Source: Thermoproteota archaeon (GTDB lineage Archaea; Asgardarchaeota; Njordarchaeia; Njordarchaeales; Panguiarchaeaceae). Taken from it: 64,000 nt of DNA. A program made the translations under genes and the position numbers. Of this stretch, positions 57,835-64,000 are shown piece by piece. The notes under the pieces were generated by a model that was not told the DNA's origin, did not search any database, and worked only from the letters and a program-made list of their open reading frames with translations. The stretch's first letter is position 1. Each line of letters starts with the position of its first letter. Location of the stretch: the NCBI GenBank assembly GCA_024720975.1, contig JANJXX010000001.1:319408-383407 (forward strand). The letters are read 5' to 3'.

Positions 57835-58551
57835 TTGCCAAAAACTCATGCAATGAGAAACACCGAAATAACCGAAATTATGTACAGTGAGGAGCATTGG
57901 AAACTCTTGCGATCAAAAAGAGATAAAGGCGTAAGCATTCTGACATTTCTATCTCATCATGGTTTAAATCCATTCATATTCGGGAGTGTTGCACGTGGGG
58001 ATGTTCATAAGGATTCTGATGTAGAGATTGTTGTTACGAACCATAAAGCGTTGTCTCAAATCGAGCTACTACTTCTAAATAATTTCAACTTGGAGGAAAA
58101 AATTATAGTTATGGCTACTCCTAGAAGTGCTCCTAAGGTCTATTTTAACATAAACCTTGAGGTAACAGTGGCAGTTCCTGCTGTCCCCCTCAATAAGAGC
58201 GAATACGAGTTTTATAGCTTTGGAGGAAAAATACAGCTTCCAGAGGCCGCTGATTTTCGCAAAAGAGTCCCAGGAGTTAACAAGAAGCTTTGTTTAGTTT
58301 TACCAACGCGATATGGACATAAAGAATACTCCATAATCGGCCGCGAGAGTGAAGTTGCAAGAATTTTGGGGATTAGCATACAAACGGTCATCGAGCGAGA
58401 AACTATGTTGCTAAGAAGAAGACGAGCTGGCAGAGCTGGTGTTTTCTTAAAAGTCTACCTAGAACCATATGAAAGCACAGAGAAAGAGCTGGCAAAGCTT
58501 CAGGACTCTAATCCTGCTGTTAGAAGACTTCTCAGGGAGAGGGGTATTTAA
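57835..58551 (+). CDS. Pol-beta-type nucleotidyltransferase (COG2413-like)
   Basis: GSVARGDVHKDSDVE, FYSFGG, RVPGVNKKL, GRAGVF. Confidence 0.88.
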   Translation: MPKTHAMRNTEITEIMYSEEHWKLLRSKRDKGVSILTFLSHHGLNPFIFGSVARGDVHKDSDVEIVVTNHKALSQIELLLLNNFNLEEKIIVMATPRSAPKVYFNINLEVTVAVPAVPLNKSEYEFYSFGGKIQLPEAADFRKRVPGVNKKLCLVLPTRYGHKEYSIIGRESEVARILGISIQTVIERETMLLRRRRAGRAGVFLKVYLEPYESTEKELAKLQDSNPAVRRLLRERGI

Positions 58552-58591
58552 AAATTCAGTGCGTGCTTGAAAGCTTAATTATGTTCAGGAT

Positions 58592-59275
58592 CTATATGTT
58601 CAAGCGATTGCCTGAATGACCACCTTCCCTTGATACAACGACTTCTAGTGGAGTCAAAATAAGCTCCTTAGGAGTTTCCTTGAAGATTTTCTTTAGTATG
58701 TAGTCTCTAAAACCAAGCAGTTCTAAACAGTCTCTCAGAAATCTTGGACTTATCATTTCATATATAGATGATGCCCTGGAGCCTACCAACAATCTTAATC
58801 TTTTACTGTTAAGGAGCTTGTTGTTTCTACGAATGAGTTTAACATAACCCGCTCTTGTGCGAGAATCGGCGACTATAAAATCTCGAAACTGCAACTCTAT
58901 AAATTTGTAGTACTGTGAGAAAATATGCAGTGTTCTTGGATTTATCAACTCAGGTAAGGTCTCGAGACGTACACTTATCACAGAAACCTGTGGAATCTTA
59001 AGCCCCTCAATAAATTCTCGATTACTCCTAGCCTGGAGGAATATTATTTTACGACCGAAGGCCTCACTTAGTGTACTTTTGCTGCGTGAATCTATCGTTA
59101 TTATGGGTATTAATTTGGGGCTATTTTCAATTTGAATTTCACTGATGTCTACATCTAGGTTTGAGGTCTCAACCAATAGGTACTTGAGGCCCATGTGTTT
59201 ACCTAGGAGCACCATCTGCTTTAAGCTTTCTAGATCTTTCGGGTTAATTACATCGATCAATGCTCCTGGCACCAT
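58592..59275 (-). CDS. Divergent RNase P protein component 3 (Rpp30)-like
   Basis: PHP-like pattern FIELQF...LLVGSRASSIYEMISPR...LLGF...P. Start set at ATG 59275 to avoid overlap. Confidence 0.6.
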   Translation of the reverse strand: MVPGALIDVINPKDLESLKQMVLLGKHMGLKYLLVETSNLDVDISEIQIENSPKLIPIITIDSRSKSTLSEAFGRKIIFLQARSNREFIEGLKIPQVSVISVRLETLPELINPRTLHIFSQYYKFIELQFRDFIVADSRTRAGYVKLIRRNNKLLNSKRLRLLVGSRASSIYEMISPRFLRDCLELLGFRDYILKKIFKETPKELILTPLEVVVSREGGHSGNRLNI

Positions 59276-59279
59276 CTGA

Positions 59280-60449
59280 TCAATCTTTGGTATAGATTGT
59301 GAGTATGTCGCCATCTTGAAGTTCATAGTCTAAACCCACAATTTTGTGCTTAATTGGAGATCCTTCGCGCTCAATTACAGCATATCGAAACTTCTCAACA
59401 AAACTGTTGTGAATTTTTTCGCATGCATCCCTAACAGTTGCCGGCCTTCTGAGAACTAGCGCTCTATCTCTATTGACCTTACCTCCTTTTTTAGTCCATA
59501 CGCGCAGTAGATTCATCTCCTCGAATATTGTTCTTCCAAGTAAATCAACATAATTATCGCGATACACACTGAATGGAATTATTGATAACACTCTGCTTAC
59601 TTCCGATAACTTCCCCTTCACATGTTCTAAGATCTTATTTTCGTCGTCAGCAGCATCGACCTTATTCAATATAATTACCCCTTTCTTGAATGCGATCTTT
59701 GGGTTAAGAGCAAGGTATAAGTCAAACTCGGACACGTGGTCTTTAAACTCTACTATGCAATTTACTAGACGGTAACTCGCGAGGATTTCCTTCAGTTCCT
59801 CAATAGAAAACGGAGAAAACTCATGTCCAATTATTGTGATACCTCCCCTAGAAAGTTTCTTAACCTCAATTGGTGGTTTAGGTCGAAGAGTGATGTTCGC
59901 ATCCTGCATTGCCGAGATCAATGTCGAAAGTTGCCAGTCTATGTCCTGCGTTACGTCAATTACGAGCCCTACGAGGTCTGAATTATAGGCAATCCCCATT
60001 ATCGCTCTTCCATTGGGTGTCTTATCGATATCATCACTTAGTATTGGGGGTGTATCGACGATATGAAATTCACAACCTTCCCACTTGAAGATCCCATCTT
60101 GGGGAATTTGCGTTGGCCTACCTATAGCATATTTCGATCCCGTAAGCCTATTCACAATACTAGTTTTACCAACGTAAGGTGTTCCTAAAAGGACTACCTG
60201 ACCATCCCCTTTTTTACGGAGCGAGAATAATGTGCTCGTTCTGCTTTTCCTAGCCTCGGCTTCCTTCGCTAGCTCTGCACGCAACTTTGCAAGCTTCAGT
60301 TTTAGATCTTTCAAAAGCTTCTCTGTTCCCTTATGTTTAGGAATACAGCCTATTAGATCCTCTAGCGCAACTATTTTCTCTTTTGTCGTTTGCGCCTCTT
60401 CGTATTTCTTATAGTATTCAGCACATCTAGGCGGAACGTTCGTTACCAT
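59280..60449 (-). CDS. DRG/OBG-family GTPase with TGS domain
   Basis: PKHKGTEKL, GTPYVGKT, NKVD, C-terminal TGS (VGLDYELQDGDIL). Confidence 0.92.
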   Translation of the reverse strand: MVTNVPPRCAEYYKKYEEAQTTKEKIVALEDLIGCIPKHKGTEKLLKDLKLKLAKLRAELAKEAEARKSRTSTLFSLRKKGDGQVVLLGTPYVGKTSIVNRLTGSKYAIGRPTQIPQDGIFKWEGCEFHIVDTPPILSDDIDKTPNGRAIMGIAYNSDLVGLVIDVTQDIDWQLSTLISAMQDANITLRPKPPIEVKKLSRGGITIIGHEFSPFSIEELKEILASYRLVNCIVEFKDHVSEFDLYLALNPKIAFKKGVIILNKVDAADDENKILEHVKGKLSEVSRVLSIIPFSVYRDNYVDLLGRTIFEEMNLLRVWTKKGGKVNRDRALVLRRPATVRDACEKIHNSFVEKFRYAVIEREGSPIKHKIVGLDYELQDGDILTIYTKD

Positions 60450-60614
60450 AGCGAAGTTAACCCGGACAGCTTAATTTTGTACATGATCAAAGGCGATATG
60501 TGTCAAAGACATAATTAAAGTACAATAACAACAGATTAAATTCGATTTTGCTTTTCAGATTAGATCTATACTAATAACGCACAAATAGGGCTTTGTAAGA
60601 ATTGGTGAATTTTT

Positions 60615-62561
60615 ATGAGGCGGTTTGTAAAACTAAGCACAACAATGATATTAATCTGCTTAATTCTAGCAATTCCGACGATGTCCATGTTAACCCTAGC
60701 TACTCCGCCTGACATTGTCGTTCACATTAGAAGTCCGGACAGCACACCTGATTACGCACCTGAAATAATACTACCCCAGAATCAAACAGAAATCTGGCTT
60801 AATCGAACCGTCAGAATTTCTGAGTTTCTATTCATCAGAGTTATTGATGAGTTTAATATTAGCAATACTAAGGATCGACCGTTTACTGCAATCGTTGTAT
60901 ACTATCCAGTAAAATTCTGGGAGGACATGATATCAATTACTGTACTGGGTGCCTATAGAAATGACAGTTTCAGATCTTTAGAGTATGCGCTTTACTATAG
61001 GTCAAAAGAATACGTCGGTGTGCTGGTAAAGTTCTATACGTTACTGGATAAGTATTCTCTGATACTTCAAAACACATTCAAAGTCAGAGTAATTTTCGAA
61101 CTCAGAGAGGGCCTGTTCGAAATCAAACCATACGGAACTAAGCTAGGCATATACCTAAACATGACCCCAACACCATTTGTTCCCTATCCAATAAAAAGTC
61201 TAGTAGTCAGCTTTATATCACCAGAAGACACTACGCTTGAGTTCGATTACGTTAAACCAACTTCCGGCAAGACGCTTTTTGGCGGTAACAACTTCAGGTA
61301 TTCTAAAGAAAATCTTCCTCCGATGGATCCCTCACTAAATCTAACAAAGCAATTAAGTAGGTACGGCTTTGAGAGTGAGGTATGTGCCCTTTGGTCCACT
61401 ACTAAGGCAATACCTGTCGTTAGGCATGCGAATCGCTCTGTATTTGTAACTAGATCTTACCAGGTTTACATTGTTGATAATTTAGTCGTATCCTGCTATT
61501 CTCTTGAAGCACCCGCAGAAAATCCGGAGGAGTCAAAATGGAAACTTTCAAGCATAAGAGTTGGGTTGGCTGCAAATGTTTCTCAGATCATAGAGGTCAA
61601 AGATAACACAAGGAAACTAAGCTATGCGAAGGACCTAGATAAAGACCTACCAGAGTCCATTTACGTGCTAAGAGTGGACTTTCCAACACCTATTGTCGCT
61701 GGAGAAAGCAGGAATATTTACATAAAGTACCTCATAAAGCTAGATAAAAAGTTCATAAGCGGTGATAAATTTAATTTGAAGTTGCCAATAGCACCCCTTT
61801 TGAACACTTCGCTATATACACTTAAATTGTCGATAAAGACATCAGCTCCTACAATTATTAACTTGCCTAAGGGTTATATTGCAAGATACTATAGCAGCGG
61901 TATGGAGAACCTCTTCATTTCACAATTCAAGCAAGTAGTTCTTGCATTCGAAAGATTGAATCCCAAAGACATCGACTATGCACTGCTGACTATAGGCTAT
62001 GACTGGAAGATATTCTTGAGCTCATACTTTATACTTCTAATCTATGTGCTTATAGCCTCGATAGCTACAGTCGAGATCTCGTGCAGTATTCATAGGCTGG
62101 CTCGTAAACCAGTTAAACCCAAGGAGGTCAAGAAAATTGCGGACTTAGAAAAGTTTATCACGAACTATGAAACAATAATAGCAACTGATAAGGACTTATG
62201 GGCTGCAGCCTATGAGAATTTGCTGCTTAGAAGACCAGTAATGACGTTCATTAGCGATTATTCTAAGAAGATTATCAAACTTGGCGAAAAAATAGACTTG
62301 ATGTTCATTACAATGAAGGGATTAAAATCTATTGCTGAGCTCTATGATTACCTAATCGAGTTGGAGAAAGTTGAAGAAAGATTAAGCATCTACAAACAAA
62401 GACTCATAGAGTCTGCGGAGCGATATACGCGGGGTGAACTTCCCGATGCTGTATACACAACTAGAGTTGAAGCGATTCTACTAAACCTAAAAGACGATCT
62501 CAATAGAAGAGAAATGTTAATCGCGAAGATACGTGACTGGTATTTGTCCTTAACAACGTAA
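60615..62561 (+). CDS. Ribophorin I (Ost1)-like membrane protein
   Basis: Signal peptide, two similar beta-rich lumenal domains (LNRTVRISEF...VIDEFNISN and ANRSVFVTRS...IVDNLVVS), one TM helix, helical cytoplasmic tail. Confidence 0.7.
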   Translation: MRRFVKLSTTMILICLILAIPTMSMLTLATPPDIVVHIRSPDSTPDYAPEIILPQNQTEIWLNRTVRISEFLFIRVIDEFNISNTKDRPFTAIVVYYPVKFWEDMISITVLGAYRNDSFRSLEYALYYRSKEYVGVLVKFYTLLDKYSLILQNTFKVRVIFELREGLFEIKPYGTKLGIYLNMTPTPFVPYPIKSLVVSFISPEDTTLEFDYVKPTSGKTLFGGNNFRYSKENLPPMDPSLNLTKQLSRYGFESEVCALWSTTKAIPVVRHANRSVFVTRSYQVYIVDNLVVSCYSLEAPAENPEESKWKLSSIRVGLAANVSQIIEVKDNTRKLSYAKDLDKDLPESIYVLRVDFPTPIVAGESRNIYIKYLIKLDKKFISGDKFNLKLPIAPLLNTSLYTLKLSIKTSAPTIINLPKGYIARYYSSGMENLFISQFKQVVLAFERLNPKDIDYALLTIGYDWKIFLSSYFILLIYVLIASIATVEISCSIHRLARKPVKPKEVKKIADLEKFITNYETIIATDKDLWAAAYENLLLRRPVMTFISDYSKKIIKLGEKIDLMFITMKGLKSIAELYDYLIELEKVEERLSIYKQRLIESAERYTRGELPDAVYTTRVEAILLNLKDDLNRREMLIAKIRDWYLSLTT

Positions 62562-62640
62562 TTTCTGCGAACCTTTTCACAAAACTTAATTACAATTTTT
62601 CCAGAATTTGGTATAACTTTGCTTATTAATGCCGAATACT

Positions 62641-63084
62641 CTACGTTTTTCTGTGTGTCCTCAGGTAATTTTGTAAACTGACTATTTCCCTTTCTAACTC
62701 CTCTGCTACTTGAATCAAATCTTCTATCGTTTTTGAGATTTTATTCAACGATTCGCGTAGACTATCCTCTCTTTCCCTCAGCGTTGATATGGCATCATCG
62801 ATGGTCATGTAAACACACGTATTAGCACCAACGTTAACTAGTATTTTGTCCCCTATTTCTCCTTTTACATAGATAAACACATTAGGCCCCAAAGATATGA
62901 ATCCGTTTAGCAGCTTCAAATTTCTGTTTTTTATCTTTTCTAGGGCATCTATCGTTATTAGAAGTTCCTCTAAGTCTCTCCTGTTATTTTCATAGAGCAA
63001 CCTATAGGCCTGTACAGTCTGCTGAATGTTCAAATAACGTGCATATTTTTCGCGAAGGACTTGCTCGATCTGCTCCGAAGCCAT
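62641..63084 (-). CDS. pfdA: Prefoldin alpha subunit
   Basis: Coiled-coil arms flanking ISLGPNVFI...KILVNVGAN. Follows eL20. Confidence 0.92.
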   Translation of the reverse strand: MASEQIEQVLREKYARYLNIQQTVQAYRLLYENNRRDLEELLITIDALEKIKNRNLKLLNGFISLGPNVFIYVKGEIGDKILVNVGANTCVYMTIDDAISTLREREDSLRESLNKISKTIEDLIQVAEELEREIVSLQNYLRTHRKT

Positions 63085-63332
63085 TATTCCTCAACATACA
63101 AAACTGGATCCTTGCTTAGAGCGATTTTTTGTAGTTTCCGATTTTTAAGCTCAGTGGGACTTATCTCATCAACTTTTATAATTTTTATGTCAAGTCTCTT
63201 GATTTTTTGCGAACCAAGGAGGCTATAGAATTTCTCGAGCGCTTCGTTAATACTCAAAGCTCGTATTTCTTTATATAGGGTAAAGATCCTTCCTTGGCTA
63301 CGATATTTTGCTAATATCCTGAAGTTCTTCAC
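63084..63332 (-). CDS. rpl18a: 50S ribosomal protein eL20 (L18Ae/LX)
   Basis: KEIRAL...ALEKFYSLLGS...IKRLDIKI. Likely GTG start at 63332. Confidence 0.9.
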   Translation of the reverse strand: MKNFRILAKYRSQGRIFTLYKEIRALSINEALEKFYSLLGSQKIKRLDIKIIKVDEISPTELKNRKLQKIALSKDPVLYVEE

Positions 63333-63351
63333 ATACAACTTCCACACCAAC

Positions 63352-63744
63352 TCATGAACTAAGTACATATATAAGCACTAATAAAGTCAAGGAAGGAAGT
63401 ATAAGTATTGGGACGAAAAACTTTATAGGATCAACTGTTGCTGAAACTAGGTTTGAAAAACCCATGGCAAAAACAAGTGATATGAGTACATACACCGGAG
63501 TTACCAGTATATGTGCAATCAGAATCGGCTCAATGTCATATTTAGAGATAATTTTAGTGGACAAATAACTGCCCACCACCATAGAAATAAAAGCAAAGCA
63601 TAGCGCTGCAATCATTACCGTTAGCAAGATTAGGATCAACTCATAAATCCCCCCTATGGTAATTCTATAAGCGAAGGCATGTATTATAGTGCTATTCACA
63701 GTGAAACCTATCCCATATGAAAAAATCCACGATCCTTTTTTCAT
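63352..63744 (-). CDS. Hypothetical membrane protein (about 4 TM helices)
   Basis: Four hydrophobic segments, with Shine-Dalgarno-like AGGTAGG upstream. Confidence 0.7.
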   Translation of the reverse strand: MKKGSWIFSYGIGFTVNSTIIHAFAYRITIGGIYELILILLTVMIAALCFAFISMVVGSYLSTKIISKYDIEPILIAHILVTPVYVLISLVFAMGFSNLVSATVDPIKFFVPILILPSLTLLVLIYVLSS

Positions 63745-63755
63745 GGTAACCTACC

Positions 63756-64000
63756 TTATTCCTCTGCTTCAGTTAATTCGAGATATATAACTTCATCTGA
63801 CGCATTTTTAAGCGCTGTTGAAAACCCTTGTTCATAGCCAGCAATGATGGCTTTTATACCCTTCTCTTTTATCTTATGAACGATAGGAAGACATCTGCTG
63901 TCTCTACTTACAATTACAAAAAAATCGGGCGAGCATTCGTATATCATACGCGCAGCTTCTATGGCTAGCGTTACGTACGTTATATTTTCTTGAGTTAGAA
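63756..64000 (-). CDS. NYN-domain (TIGR00288-like) protein, cut by the window edge
   Basis: Frame stays open to the window end: ...VTLAIEAARMIY...VSRD...LPIVHKIKEKG...GFSTALKNASD. Confidence 0.75.
   Translation of the reverse strand, partial: LTQENITYVTLAIEAARMIYECSPDFFVIVSRDSRCLPIVHKIKEKGIKAIIAGYEQGFSTALKNASDEVIYLELTEAEE

Noticed and set aside
722-60414. Numerous 60-160 aa antisense or alternate-frame ORFs inside identified genes
   Set aside because: They are shadow ORFs of well-supported genes, typically Ser/Ile/Phe-rich and without motifs.

Overview
This is a gene-dense, AT-rich archaeal chromosomal segment made almost entirely of housekeeping and information-processing genes. It includes radA, an unsplit RNA polymerase largest subunit (A'+A''), TBP, PCNA, RFC, GINS, topoisomerase IA, ValRS, AlaRS, many ribosomal proteins and tRNA-modification enzymes. 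The mix of fused Rpo1, eL38, ThermoDBP, FtsZ, a ribophorin I-like protein and a Wbp1/OST48-like protein points to a deep TACK/Asgard-related lineage, possibly Njordarchaeales- or Korarchaeota-like (inference). Non-coding RNAs read directly from the sequence are intron-containing tRNA-Tyr and tRNA-Trp, two C/D box sRNAs and one K-turn H/ACA-like sRNA. The best leads are: (1) a coiled-coil/proline-rich protein ending in a WH2/VASP-like helix; (2) a C/D sRNA that is antisense to the 16S anti-Shine-Dalgarno region and overlaps the rps27e ribosome-binding site; (3) a 77-nt tRNA-Tyr intron complementary to its own D-arm; (4) eukaryote-like oligosaccharyltransferase accessory subunits; (5) in-frame insertions in TBP, eS17, RFC-L, TgtA and Rpo1, along with heavily scrambled operons. 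I found no mobile element or CRISPR array. Protein calls rest on recalled motifs, not database searches.
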